Shown here in pieces: positions 12,660 to 25,689 of a DNA stretch of 64,000 nucleotides (its first letter is position 1; each line of letters begins with the position of its first letter). Position numbers and translations under genes: made by a program. Under the pieces are notes generated by a model. It ran no database searches. It saw only the letters and a list, made by a program, of their open reading frames with translations, and was not told the origin of the DNA. The stretch lies in contig NC_087436.1 of NCBI RefSeq assembly GCF_036321535.1, positions 44,642,001-44,706,000 on the forward strand, in the 5' to 3' direction. This stretch comes from Camelus dromedarius. Taxonomy: Eukaryota.

Positions 12660-12870
12660 AACAGTATTTGATGCTAAGCACAGTGTATACTTTATCTCTG
12701 AATCCACTAGACAACATCATAAAGTAGACTGCATTATCATCTTTATAAGGATGAGCAAACTGTAGTTCTGGAAGTTTAGAAAACTAGCCAAAGTCATAGA
12801 ACTAAAAGAATTTGTTAATTTTGCTGTAACCTAAATACCCCTAATTCTTTTTACATGACTCTACACTGTC
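12660..12870 (-). mobile_element. MIR SINE
   Basis: GCTAAGCAC..AATCC..ACAAC..ATTATCATCTTTATAAGGATGAGCAAACTG..CCAAAGTCATAGAACT. Confidence 0.7.
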
Positions 12871-13002
12871 TTCCAGAAATATGTTGTGGGTCAGAAAATC
12901 CTTCAGGCTTCTGATAATGTCTCTTATTAAACTAGATCTTTCAAACCTCTGAAGCATGTTGAAAAAATGCCAACTAGTCTTTTCACGTGTTTAAAACAAT
13001 GT

Positions 13003-13165
13003 GGTGGGTGGAAAGTGAGTATAGCTCAGTGGCAGAGCACGTGCTAGGCATGTAGGAGGTCCTGGGTTCGGTCCTGGTTCAATCCCCAGTACCTCCATTA
13101 GTAATAATAATAAATAAATAAATGAACCTAATAACCCCCCCAAAACAAACAAAGAAAAAGAAAAA
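13003..13165 (+). mobile_element. tRNA-derived SINE (Vic-type, long-tailed form)
   Basis: TATAGCTCAGTGG, partly duplicated B box (GTCCTGGGTTCGGTCCTGGTTCAATCC), AACCTAATAACCCCCC tail. Degenerate TSD AAAACAATGTGG / AAAACAACATTG. Confidence 0.9.
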
Positions 13166-14489
13166 ACAACATTGAGTCCAAGCTCATAGAAAAGTAAAAG
13201 AAAGTTTCATAAATAGAGGGTTTATAAAGGAAGCTTATTTTCTTTGGTCATTAACTCAAGAAAATGAGAATTGGGCCTGAATGCAGATATCAAATGAAAC
13301 AGAAAAAAATACAAACAAAACTATGCTAGTACTTCTTTGCTCTTTTTTCTTGATAGACGTTATTGTTAAATAGTGTTAAAATTTCTAAAGTTAATATTAA
13401 ATATTGTGAAAACAGTATTTCAGAGTTAGCTTATTATTCTAATACTTGCTTTGCCTTAATCATAAAAATAACAATGGGGTAGGACTCTGTTTTTAACCAT
13501 GTTGATATTTTTGTTACTGCCTACAGTTCTTAGCACACAGAAGGTACTTCATGAAGGTCTGGGATTGGATGTAATGGCCAATGAAATACTTCCACCAGAG
13601 TCTTCATACATTTGAAAGCTGTAACACAGAATATTCAAATAGAACAGAACTGTTCCTCTCTTAGTTTGGACTGATGTGCCAATAAAATAGATATCCAGTA
13701 TCAAAGTAAGACTAATTTTCAGTACAGACTTTTCAGAAGAAATGTCTTAGAGCTGAGCAGGGTGTGTGGGGGCTTCCCATCTGAAACAACTTAAGCCTAA
13801 GGATGGGCTCTTCCTTAGGAAGACCCAAAGAACTAGAGAAACTAATTATTGAAGTGAGAGTGTTTGTGACAACCTGAGGGTAATGCCATCGGACATTTAA
13901 AGCTGGACATTGTGAGCAATGACAAGGGAAGATTAAACCCTCTTGACTCAGCATCCTGGTGGATCGGGTTGATATGAGAATACTGTCCCTGCTAGGTTCT
14001 TTGTTCACATGCTCTATCAGAGACCACATTTACCAATGGCACAAGCAAGAAAAAAGACTGTTTCTCTCATTTCAGTCTAGGGGGAAGTAGTTCACCTCTG
14101 CTCTTCAAGGCTGTCCTGTCTACCAGCACTGTATTTTTGTGGTGGAATCCCCATCAGAACGTTTGAGGATGGCTTGCTTCTGCTTTCTTATGTCATCAGC
14201 AGGAAGCATGAGTGGACACATAAAATGGGAATTTGGATAATGAGAAGAGTTTTGCTGCATCAGAAAATATTTAGTGGGATGAATAACATTTTAGTTAGCT
14301 TTAAAGTTTGCGTAGCTGTTCCTCTGGGTGGAGGAACAGTGGGGGATGCAGGAGGTAGGACAGCATGACAAAAACGTCATGGAGATAGAAAAGTAGATAA
14401 ATGCAATGCTGGTTTGAGGAAGACAAGTCTTTCTGGCTTGCCTACAAAAGTTGTCTGTTCATAAACTATGTTCCAGCTAACTTTTTTTT

Positions 14490-15400
14490 TTTTAATCTAT
14501 TCTACTGTTGATGGGAATTTGGATAGTTTCCAGCTTTTCACTGATGCAGAGAGTGCTGCTCTGAACATTTAAGCATATATCCTTAGGTGAACATGCTTAC
14601 ACATTTCTGATGGGTATAAACCTAAGAATAGCTGAGTGACAGGATGCAGATATGTTCCACTTTACTAGATACATTTATTGAGCATGTTGGTATTCTCTTT
14701 TGTAGAGTGTATGTTTAGAAAGAACTTTGCCCATTTTTTTAGTTGCCTTTTTGTTTTTGTTTTGTTTTCCCTATGGACTTTATAGGCATAATCTATTGTC
14801 AGAGGACTTCTAAAAATTATCTTAGAGGGACTGTAAAACCTATGGGACCTACTAGAAATTCCATACAGGTCTGGGAAAGAAAGTGTCAACACAGTGAGTT
14901 CGACAAGGAGTACTAAGAAATAATTTTTTTTGTGATTGAATCTTACTAAGCCCAACTCATTGAATAAAACAGTTATCCTTGAACACATTCTCTATTTATA
15001 CTAAATATTTATGTGTATATGTGTGTGTGTGTGTGTATCCATATTTTGTTTATTTACCAAAATGAGGTTGTGTTACATACACCAATTTCCTTTTCACTTA
15101 ATTTACATTATTTTATGGACGTCTCTCCAGGTAAACACACAGGCATGCTTCATTATTGTAAATACTTCAGGGCTTGGCTCTGTCATAATTCATGCAACCA
15201 TTCTTTTACTGATGTTGCCAAGTTTTTGTCCTTACAATGTTGCTATAAGCATTCTTGTATATAAATCCGTATATATAAATGCATATGTACGTGTATATGT
15301 ATATATGTAGGAAGAATGTTTATAACAACAATGTATTTTGTTGTTGTTGTTGTTAACTGATACAGATTAAATTCCCAAAGTCAAGTTGCTTTATCAAAAT
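14490..15400. mobile_element. Cluster of highly decayed L1M/L1ME fragments
   Basis: CTACTGTTGATGGGAATTTGGATAGTTTCCAG..GCTGCTCTGAACATT (minus-strand L1 3' motif) and similar decayed pieces. Confidence 0.55.
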
Positions 15401-16049
15401 TTGTATCAGTGGTGAGGCCCTAGGTTCAGACACAGTGTTTAAGCACTCTGGTTAAGGAGCTCACTTAACCTCTTCTATATTATTAAAAGAGCAGACTGAG
15501 TAGCTCTCATAATGATCAGTTCTCTCGCACCTTCTGGTTTTCCTCCACATGTTCATTTTTTGTACTTGTCTAGGTTTGAGCAGCCCTTCGTGATGGTGCC
15601 AAGCAGGGACCTCAGCAGGGCTGAGTTGTGTGCTCTCCCCGCACATTAGGAAGGCAGTAAGTGTGGTCTGGCAGCACATTTACTCCTCCTCAATGATTTC
15701 TAGGTGAAACATGTAACATAATGACAACAGGTTGCATTTGCTTGTGACTTGACAGCTGGTCCAGGCTAGTACTGGCTTGAGAATTCACCTTGGAATCAGC
15801 CCACATCCACTCACTAGGATTAAAAAAAAAAAAGAGCATGCAGGCAAAATATTGCCTTTTAAAAATCTGTGTTTCTCAGTCTTTAGACTTTTCCAAATTT
15901 AATATGTGTAAGATTTTTTAATATAAATTACTTAATGGGCAGAGCCCATAGACATTTCTATTTATGCCTTCCTTTCTCTCTATAAAATTTTGATGAGCAA
16001 TGAAGGAAAAATTGTAAAACAAAATGTTTAGAATTTTTAAGTAGCTCTC

Positions 16050-16575
16050 TTTTGAACTTCAGAACGACACATGGGTGATCTGCCCCCCACCTATTCCTCC
16101 AATACCATCTTTCACCAAATCTTCTTTTGCTTTTGGTGGCTGTGTCTCACTGGTCTTCATTCAGCTTCTTGCATATATCAAAGTCTTTGGATTCAAGGCC
16201 TTTGCACATGCTATTTCCACCCCTGGAAAGCTCTCCTTCTTCCTGACTTCCTAAACTCCCTTGCATCTGGTTAATCCCTACTCACCTTTCATATCTTGGC
16301 TCAGATGTTACTTCCAAGGAAGGCTTTCCTAAGCCCCCTAAACTAAGCCAATTTCTTTTCTTACTCTTTCATTGCACGTTGACCCTTTTCTTCGTATTGC
16401 TTATCTCAGTTTATAATATCTATTATTTGTATGATTATTTGATTTCTAGCTGTCTCCCCAGTTGTTCCAGAAGCTCCATGAAGAGTTTCCATTTTTTTTT
16501 TCTTATTAGTATATCCCAGTAGCATAGTACAATGTCTCTCATAGGGTAAGAGCTCAATAAATATTTCTAGAAAAA
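16050..16575 (+). mobile_element. LINE-2 3' fragment
   Basis: GGCCTTTGCACATGCTATT..CCTGGAA..CTCAGATGTTACTTCC..AAGCTCCATGAAG..GCTCAATAAATATTT. Confidence 0.85.
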
Positions 16576-17019
16576 AGAGAATATATTTAGATTTTCTTTG
16601 GCGCTTCTAGATCCAGTTTGAGATAATGTGATCTTCTAAGTGGAATATACAATGCAAGAATTTATGTAGATTCTGTGTGAGGAAATGATCTTTTTTTTTT
16701 AAAAAAAAAACAATTAATAGGATAAGAGTTTGTATCAGGATAAAATAAGAAAAATTGGTATCAGAAAGGTCATTCACATGCATGAAAAACCCTGCCTGCA
16801 GTTTACTCAGTTTCTCAGGAATGTTCTACATGATGGATAAGGTGATAATATATGCAGGGGTTTATCAACATTTCACTGGACTTCTGACCTTGTCATAGGC
16901 TAGGAGAACTTAGTTGAAGGGCTGAGATACCTTATAAATCCTATGGAAGCTAGACAGAGAAATTCTTTCTAAATTTTTTAGTGTACATGTTTATATTTCA
17001 GACATGGGGAGAAATTTGG

Positions 17020-17730
17020 TTTGCTGGAGGAAATAATCGTGGGTGGTGGGCACTGAGCAAGACAATATGTGGTATTAGAGGCAGCAAGGGTAGACCACCC
17101 GGAACCAGCAGCCCGTTGTAAGAATTTTGAATTTTACCGAAGGATCCTAGAAAGCCACTAAAGTTTTTAAAATAGAGAAGTACATGATAAGACTTACAGT
17201 TTTAAAAGGTCTTTGTTCGCTCTATGAGATTAAGCAAAGATTCATTCAAGGAAGAACTTTGAGATTTTTTTTTTTTTAGTGATCAAGATAAAAGATGCTG
17301 GTAGACTGGGCTAGTGTGGCCACAGTAAATATAGAGAGAAACAGACATATTTGAGGGGAAGATATCAAGGATGAATCTCAGATTTATACCTTGAGGAAGT
17401 GAGTGGATTAAGCAACTGATACTGTTTGTTGTAATGAAGCTGACTCCAGGAAAATAAGGTAAAAGGAAAATTAAGAGTAGATCTCTGGACAAGGTACCTG
17501 TTGGACATACAAGTGGTTTATATGGTTGTGAGGCACAGAAGAACAATCTAGATTGGAGATACAAAGGTGAGTAGCACCCACATCTGAATATCATTTAGAA
17601 TGATGGAGCCACATAGGAAACCGGAAAGAGGTCACCAGTGTATTGGGAGGGAAGGTAAGAAAATATGGCACCACAAGGAAGGAATGGTCACATTTGGCAA
17701 ATGCTGCTGAGTAAAAAGGAAGTTGAAAGT
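17020..17730 (-). mobile_element. LINE-2 fragment
   Basis: Purine-rich L2-antisense motifs (AGAAAGCCACTAAAGTTTTTAA..ACATGATAAGACTTACAGTTTTAAAAGG; GGCAAATGCTGCTGAG). Confidence 0.65.
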
Positions 17731-17759
17731 AGAAAAAAAAATGTTATTTTATTTTGACT

Positions 17760-18100
17760 CTTAGCTTGGGCTGACAACAAAATACATAGGCTGAGTGACT
17801 TAAACAACAGAAGTTTATCTCCCACTCTTCTGGAACCTAGAAATCCAAGCTTTTGGCACCACTCCTGGTGAAAACTCTTCTTGGCTTTCAGATGGCCGTA
17901 TTCTCAATGTAGCCTACATTCTCACTGTAGCTGAGGGATCACCTGTCTTGTGTCCCTTTCATAAGGACGCCAATTTCATTCAGGAGGACTCTTCCCTCAT
18001 GAACTAATTACTTCCCCCAGCCCTACCTCCAAAGACCATAGTGTTGGGCATTAGGGCTTCAATAGATGGATTTTGGAAAGAGATGTTCAATCTATAGCAG
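17760..18100 (-). mobile_element. MaLR solo LTR (MLT1A-like)
   Basis: AACAAAATACATAGGCTGAGTGACTTAAACAACAGAAGTTTAT...CCCTCATGAACTAATTAC..TTAGGGCTTCAA..CTATAGCA. Confidence 0.85.
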
Positions 18101-18204
18101 ATCTGGTAACCCAGATCTCATGGATAGTTTTCAGTGGAATGGCAGTGCTTGAAAAAGGATTGATTAATTATTCTCATGGAATGAGCTGACTAGTCCAGGC
18201 ATAC

Positions 18205-18640
18205 ACTTCAAAGTTGTGGTTTTAAAATTTTCAGCCTGTATGTCACACTCAACTTGCAATACTTTTTTTAGTATCTAATTAAAAAGAATTGTTGTCAATG
18301 ACTAAAACTCAAATTTCACATAAAAATGCTCTTGAGAAAAAAAGAACCGCAAGATCTGAGCCTTGTTTCTGTGTGGCAGTAATGAGCTGGAGATGAGCAG
18401 CTGGCTGTTTGCCCCAGTAGATGGTTGCCTCTGCTCTCCAATTTACTACACTCCCAACCAGTCCACCACCACCTGCTTCATGTCACTTGCCTAGCCTTCC
18501 AGACATCTAAAATTGCTGCTCCTGCGTTAAAGGTTTGCATTGGTGCAAGCAACTTAAGGGAGGAAATATGTGTCCCCTTTTTTGTGCTCCAAAATATCTC
18601 ACACCGGCTGCTGTACTAAGTACACAATAAAGTTCTGTTA
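18205..18640. mobile_element. hAT-Charlie DNA transposon fragment (Charlie1-like)
   Basis: AAATTTCACATAAAAAT..TTTCTGTGTGGCAGTAATGAGCTGGAGATGAGCAGCTGGCTG resembles Charlie1 subterminal sequence. Confidence 0.55.
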
Positions 18641-19324
18641 AATTGAGTTGACTTGGGTTTTATAAAATTGAGTAGCTTCAAGGAGATATTGGGAAACTCA
18701 TGAAAAGAATTTTTAAGAGGGTTGGAGGACAAACTAACTTCACAATTTCATCAACATTTGAGCTGACCGTTTTCACTCTTATAGATAGCTCTGCTACACA
18801 ATCCCAACTGTGTATTTTATTGAGATATTGTCTGCATCTGTGATCATCTCTGATATGGTTAATTGTTTGAAAATTATTTTTGCTATTAAATAATTTCTAA
18901 TTTGTAAAGTTTTTCATTGATGTATAACATGGTCGATACAATTTCCAAAGGTAGTGTCAAATTTTTACTCCTTCCTATCCTGATAAACAATAGGAGCAAA
19001 TTTAGTGACTTGAGAGCGTGAGATGGATTCTACCCTTGAAGACCAGGAAGACATGTGGCACCAACATGCATCAGGGCAAGAAAGAGGTCTTTTGTGTAGC
19101 CCATCCTAGTAATGTAATTGATGGGCAGAAGACAGAAGTGGGAACTGCCAATCTCCTACCACATATGTCCTGAATTTGCTTCTACATTGTGGAAAGAGTG
19201 TGTATATTTATATCTCTTTCACAAGAACTCTGAGAGCTAAAAATTAAAACATATGATACTAGCTTAGTGCCTAGCAGTATTATATTTAATACGTATCCCG
19301 TTCTTCTTTTCAACCAGCAGTAAG

Positions 19325-19780
19325 GTCAGGTAAGAATGGTGAGATTGGAGGTATAGGAAACATATCCAATTGTCAATTCACAAATCAATTAGTTTATTGC
19401 ACACAATTAGCATGCAACACAGGTTAGTCGAAGTAGGCAGAGAAGAGACGAGGGTGATGGACCACTCCAAGAAGAATCCGGGAAGGAGGCATCTCAGCAT
19501 GAGCAGTGGTCTCCAGGCTGGCAATTGGTCTTGCGAACGCATGAATAGGAAGCCACGTTCTGTTCTGGCAGAGCCTCGGGCAGTGTCTGAAACAGCTCTC
19601 AGCATCGTGGAGGGGAGCCTTCCAGCAAAGAGCCTTCAAGTTGCTTGGCTCAGTGGTTTCATTTTAAGGGATCTGCCAGTAGGGTGTGATGGTTATGTTC
19701 CAGGGGGTCTTGCCTCTATTGTTACTCCTTCTGTTCCAGTGAAGTATTTTCACAGATATTGCCAAACAAATTCCTTACCT
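19325..19780 (-). mobile_element. Probable ancient LTR
   Basis: GC-richer island with minus-strand AATAAA (GTTTATTG at ~19392) and a TATA-like CCCTTAAAA about 270 bp upstream on the minus strand, the usual LTR layout. Family not recognised. Confidence 0.4.
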
Positions 19781-19984
19781 AAAGTAACACTCTTAATTTA
19801 TCACTTTAAGTCACTCACAGTCTTAAACTGTACATTTCAAAACAACTAATATGGGAGTTCACTTTGGCCACTTTAACTCCATTTTGAGCTACTTAGCATA
19901 GCTTGAATTCTGTGAGTTTCACACAAGATAAGTAGATATCATAGCATAATTACATCATAATAATACGCAACGAAACAGAAATAC

Positions 19985-20830
19985 GTGAACCATAGTCAAG
20001 AAAAAAATGTCGGTCAACAGAAACAGGCCTACAAACATCCTGAATGTTGGAGCTGACAGCTGAAGATTTTAAACTATTTTTGATAAAAATTTTATAAAAC
20101 CCAGAGTAAAAGATAAGTAAAATTGTCAGGATACATTTGGAAGCTATAAAAAAGAAACAAATGAATTACTCATCTGAAAAATACAATACAAAGACAATAT
20201 GAAGTAAAAAATCAGGATACATTTGGAAGCTATAAAAAAGAAACAAATGAATTACTCATCTGAAAAATACAATACAAAGACAATATGAAGTAAAAAATCA
20301 GGACATTGAAAAGAACAGAAGAAAGGATCAATAAACCTGAACACAGATTAACACAAAGCATACAAACTGAAGCACAAAGAGAGAAAAGATTATTAAACCA
20401 GAGTCTCAATTTGTACTCAAATACCCATAAACAAGGAAATGGATTAACCAGCTGTGCTATATCCATGTAATGCAATATACTCAGCAATAAAAAGAATCAG
20501 ACTATTGATACATTCACTAATATAATGAATCTCACATGTTCACAAGCAAAAGAAGCCAGACATCAAAATTATGTGTATAATTCCATCAGATAGAATTCTA
20601 GAAGAGGCAAGACTAAGCTATGATGATGGAAATCAGAGGAGTGAGATCCAGTTGAAGTGTGTGAGAATTAACTGGAAAGCTCCACAGGGTACCACCTAGA
20701 GTGATAAAAATTTTACTTATCTTAATAGGGATAGAGAACTTATGAGTGCTCACATTTATCAGAACTCCATGAAATAAACACAGAACATCAGTATATTCTG
20801 TTGGGATTAAACCATACCTGATTTTAAAAT
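19985..20830 (+). mobile_element. Ancient L1 (L1ME-like) fragments: ORF1-like part plus 3' end
   Basis: A-rich ORF1-like segment to ~20400, then 3'-end motifs (TATACTCAGCAATAAAAAGAA, ATGAATCTCA, AAAGAAGCCAGACA). Confidence 0.7.
20126..20303 (+). repeat. Perfect 86-bp tandem duplication
   Basis: 20126-20211 is identical to 20212-20297, and TCAGGA recurs at 20298-20303. Confidence 0.95.
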
Positions 20831-21339
20831 TGTTTAATTCAAAACAAAATGGCACTGGCTCAAGCACCACACTTGGCCTCTTTGTGGACCCACCCTGGCT
20901 CCTCCTCTCCCAGTTCCTGTCAAGCAGAAGCACGAGAAGACTTGATAGTGCTTAGAAGCTCAAAGTTCTGAAAGGGATAAAATCCAAAAATAAGAAGTTA
21001 CCCCAATGGCCAATGGGGGCTTTCTGATACATGTTTTACAATAACTCTTAATCTATTTTTTTCCTAAAAAGTCCACCTTTAAACATATGATGTTTGTACT
21101 GTAAAAAGAGAGGAATAAAGAGGACATTCACTCTTTCCAGATAAAATTCCAGATGCTGAAACCACTGGAATAGTATTTGAGAGGAGTAAGAATACCACGA
21201 GGTGAAGGCTGGGGATACCACATGCAGTCCTCTGGATCGTCCTCCTTGTGTGCCTAGTAGGACATTACTTGGGGATACTGGGGTAAATGAACTGCATGGT
21301 ACTAATAATAATTTATGGGATTCAGTCTTACTATTTACA

Positions 21340-21480
21340 GTATTTTTCTATACGTTATCTTCAGTCTTAAAATAACCGAATGGAGTCAACTTTAGAGTCT
21401 CTATTTTACAAGTGTAGAAACGAAAGTGGCAGGTATGTGATTTACTTCGTGAGTGAAAGAACCAAGACTGTACCTTAAAA
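21340..21480 (-). mobile_element. MIR SINE fragment
   Basis: CTCTATTTTACAAGTGTAGAAAC, preceded by TTATCTTCAGTCTTAAAATAACC. Confidence 0.5.
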
Positions 21481-21839
21481 TTAACACTATTTTTAACTGT
21501 ACAACCTGTACGGGCCCAGTTTTGTGAGGCATGCGTCTTTGAGAAATCTAGGAAATTTAATTCATCTAGAAATTGTCTATTAGAGAAACTCAACAGATCA
21601 ACGGTGTTTAGAAATTCTTCTCAGGTATCAAAATTCAATAATAAAGCTTTTAAAGATCTACCACCCAGACCTAAAAATACTTTTTCCTTAGTTTAAAAAT
21701 ATATGCTCAACACTTTTTTTAATGACAACACTCTATAAATTAACACAAGTTCTAAATTGATTAGTATTTTTCTCCTTTATAAAGAAATTATTGTCACTTT
21801 CTTATCTGTCATTAATTGTGTCTTTAACTCCACAGATAC

Positions 21840-22125
21840 TCTTATGGGTTGAGTCATGTGCCTCTAAAAAGATGGTTGAAGTCCTAAATCCAGGTATCTC
21901 AGAGTTTGACCTTGTTTGGAAACAAGATTGTTGCAGATGTAATTAGTCAAGATGATGTCATGCTGGAGTAGCATAAACGCCTAACCCAATCTGACTGGTG
22001 TCCCTGTAAGAAGACAGCCATACAAAGACAAAGACACACAGGAGAACATCACGTGATGACGAAGGTAGGGATTGCAGTCATGCAGTTGAGAATCAGAGGA
22101 CGCCAAGGAACACCAAAGTAGCTGG
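21840..22125 (+). mobile_element. MaLR LTR 5' part (MLT1B/C-like)
   Basis: TATGGGTTGA..TTGAAGTCCTAA..GACCTTGTTTGGAAA..TGCAGATGTAATTAGT..TGACTGGTGTCCCTGTAAGAAGA. Confidence 0.85.
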
Positions 22126-23812
22126 ATTCATTTTTCACTTTTCTATTATTGTTTTGTTTTTATGAAGTCATAACTTCCGATGGTATTAAAACTTGAAAAA
22201 TTCTTCCTGCATTGTTTGTTTTCCCTTAGCATCCTAGTAGTTAGATATAATAGAAGATTTCTTTTGCTTTTTAAAAAATTTTTTGCAAGAGCTCACCTGA
22301 AGAAAGCCAGCCCCAAATCCCTCCTTACATTAAGCATTTATTTTCTGAATGAATGACTGGAGTCAAAAAGATTTTGCAAAAATTTAATGTTAAGCATCTA
22401 TCTTTGCATAATTTAATTGCTTCAAAAATTCTTCAGTTAACATTTTCTTAGCCCTGCACAGACTCGTGATGATGTTTTGAACTTCTGACCATTGAATGGA
22501 GTCAGCTATTTGGCAGATCTGCTTAGGATCTGTTTTCACAACGTGGAACTTATTTCACACCACCTTTCTTATTCAGGTTTGCATTGAAGCTGCTCTCCCC
22601 TTGGGCATGAGTAACAGTGTTATGACACTGGCTTCAATAAGCAACTTTTTATGGTGTCTAATCATGTGCAAATGTGTTAAAATTGGTAGTTTTTAGCAAA
22701 CAGTTATGGAACATATTACCGTAAGGCATTTGTTCATGGCGTGACAATGATTGGCCCCTGGCCACTTAGATGTTTTATTTAATAATGTGGGAATTTCAGT
22801 GTGTTTTCCTTTCATTATTTTTAACTTGAAAACAGAAACAGAAAGCCCCTTCTTTAAAGTTAAAACTTTACCGCCTACAGTCTGTCAAAAGCAATATAAG
22901 CATCTGGATTTTGGAGAGGGGCGTTTGCAAGATGTTAATTTAATATACTGGCATATTTCATGCATGCTTTTTATATTTTGTATACGTGAAGCTGTCTCTG
23001 CAGTGACCACCCAGGAATGATAGACTTATTTTCGAGATTGTATACCGAAGCACAAAAAAACCTTGTTCAAATAATAGTGCAAATACTGGATTCAGCTTAA
23101 TTTCCTTCCACTTAACACAGTGCTTAAAATGCCAGATAGCTGTTGTTGTGCATTAAAGAAAAAGACATAACTTTTAAGATCAAGCTTTGCTTTTCCACAA
23201 ACTGCACTCATTTCTACTCCCCTCTCTCCATGCTATCTCCCAGAAATGGGTCTCTGTGAAATATAAGATGTTCTGCAGATACTCTAGAAAGTGAATTTTC
23301 AAATAATTGCTGGAAATAATCTTGGGTTTTCAAAAACTAGAATTTTTAATCAAAATGGAATAGTGTAATAGTCTACTTGATGTCTAGAGGGGCAGAACAC
23401 TATGTATTTTAATGTTTACTGAGATGAGGATGAAAATATTCTTTATTTCCAGCACACTTTAGTACTGTTATTTAGTATCCAAAACACATCTTTCAGCTCT
23501 TTCAGAGATCTTTCATGAGATTTACCTCTTAAGTTTAGAATTAGCTTCAGCGCTGTTAAAATAATGATTAAAGATAAGAAGCCAAACACATTTTAATGTA
23601 CACATTAGATTTTCTTAGTTTCAAATTTTGAGAGATCTGTTAAAAATTGTTTTCAACTTACAGTTTATACATAGCACAAGTTTGGGGACTCTGCAAATTC
23701 ATTTACAGAACTAAGCTATCAATCCAAAAGGAGCAAACAGGAAAGAAAACCTTTACATTGGGGCTACTTGGTTTCAAGACTGGAGTACTTGGAGGTCTTG
23801 ATCCAATTAAGC

Positions 23813-23853
23813 GTGAGTGTGTGTGTGTGTGTGTGTGAGTGTGTGTGTGTGTG
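23813..23853 (+). repeat. (TG)n microsatellite, interrupted
   Basis: GTGAGTGTGTGTGTGTGTGTGTGTGAGTGTGTGTGTGTGTGT. Confidence 0.95.
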
Positions 23854-24624
23854 TCTAGGGGAGGAAGATGACAAGATGAGTTGTGATTTTCAGATGGGAG
23901 AAGCTGAACACATCCAGAAGTCCACATGCAGATCAGCCTTGGTAGACACCACTTAACATTCTTGATGATTGCCCAGAAAGGCTAAATCCACTTGACTAGT
24001 GATACCCTTAGATGGCCGCTGCCAGGAGGATGGAGAGAGGAATGGTCCAGCATCGTCTGTAGGTAACTACCCAGAGCTTCCATCTTCAAATGGGAAACAA
24101 GCGCTACCTCTGCTAAGTGTAAAATGCAAAATGTAAAATATCATGACCAACTCAGCATATATATCCTGAGGAATTACTTAAACATTTAAATCCTTGGACA
24201 TTTTAAATTGTATTTTTAAGTGATTTTGCTATTGCTCCGACTAGAAAGATTTTAAATATTATGGAAAATGCTACTTAAAAGAGACCAAATTCTTAGCCTG
24301 GTGTATAAATGTTTTGCAATAATGCATTTTCTTGTTTGATAAATTATTTCTATTATAAAATAATATGCACTAATTTTAGAAAATTTATATATTTAAAACA
24401 TGAGGAAGAAAATAGAAATAACTTATAATCTTATTGCTCAGATTGAATAATGATAACATTTTGGTATGTTATAAAATATAAATTATGTATAAATATAAAA
24501 GTATAAATATTTTATAATGTTCATTTCATAATATACAACATGCTACTTATGCACATATATATGTCTCTACTCCTATGTATAAATGTGCATGTAAATATGC
24601 CTCTTTATAACAAGGCTGATGAAT

Positions 24625-25550
24625 TTTTTTTAATTGAGTTATAGTTAGTTTATAATATTTTGTTAATTTCTGGTGTACAGCACAATTCTTCAGTCATACA
24701 TGAATATACATATATTCATTTTCATATTCTTTCTCACCGTGAGCTACTACAATATATTAAATATATTTTCCTGTGCCATACAGTAAAAACTTGTTTATCT
24801 ATTTTATATATACCACTCAGTATCTGCAAATCTTGAACTCCCAGTTTATTCTTTCCCACCCCCTCCACCCTGGCAATGAAAAGTCTGTATTCTATGTCTG
24901 TGAGTCTGTTTCTGTTTTATATATAAGTTCATTTGTCATTTTTTTTTAGATTCCACGTATGAGTGATATCATAGGGTATTTTTCTTTCTCTTTCTGTCTT
25001 ACTTCACTTAGAATGGCATTCTCCAGGGACATCCATGTTGCTGCAAATGGTGTTATGTTGTCATTTTTATGGCTGAGTAGTATTCCATTGTGTAAATATA
25101 CCACATCTTCTTTATCTAGTCATCTGTTGATGGACATTTAGTCTGTTTCCATGTCTTGGCTGTTGTAAATAGTGCTGCTGTGAACATTGGGGTGCAGGTA
25201 TCTTTTTGAATTAGGGTTCCCTGTGGATATATGCCCAGGAGTGGGATTGCTGGGTCATATGGTAAGTCTGTGTTTTGTCTTTTGAGGAATCTACATACTG
25301 TTTTCCACAGTGGCTGCACCAAACTACATTCCCACCAGCAGTGTAGGAGGGTTCCCTTTTCTTCACAGCCTCTCCAGCATTTATCATTTGTGGACTTTTG
25401 AATGATGGCCATTCAGACTGGTGTGTGGTGATACCTCATGGTAGTTTTGATTTGCATTTCTCTGATAATTAGCGATATTGAGCATTTTTTCATGTGCCTG
25501 TTGGTCATTCGTATGTCTTCATTGGAGAATTGCTTATTTAAGTCTTCTAG
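24625..25550 (-). mobile_element. 5'-truncated LINE-1 (ORF2 end + 3'UTR)
   Basis: Minus-strand ORF contains [18 protein letters not shown]. The 3'UTR is related to that of the 43.7-kb copy, with a T-tract at the left end. Degenerate TSD GGCTGATGAAT (24614-24624) / GGCTAATGAAT (25551-25561). Confidence 0.93.
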
Positions 25551-25689
25551 GGCTAATGAATGTTTAATGTAAATGATGTGTTTCTGTTTTTAGGAATCCC
25601 TAGTTCCTAGTTGTCTTACTACATTGATAGTAAAAGCAGCACTTACCTGTATAGGAGTATGGTTTTCCCATCATTAAGAGCAAACTGTG

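Noticed and set aside
16691..16710. T10-A10 palindrome
   Set aside because: Low-complexity homopolymer junction.
19370..19849. 159-aa ORF
   Set aside because: Non-ATG (TTG) start, no recognisable domain, and it lies in a probable old LTR.
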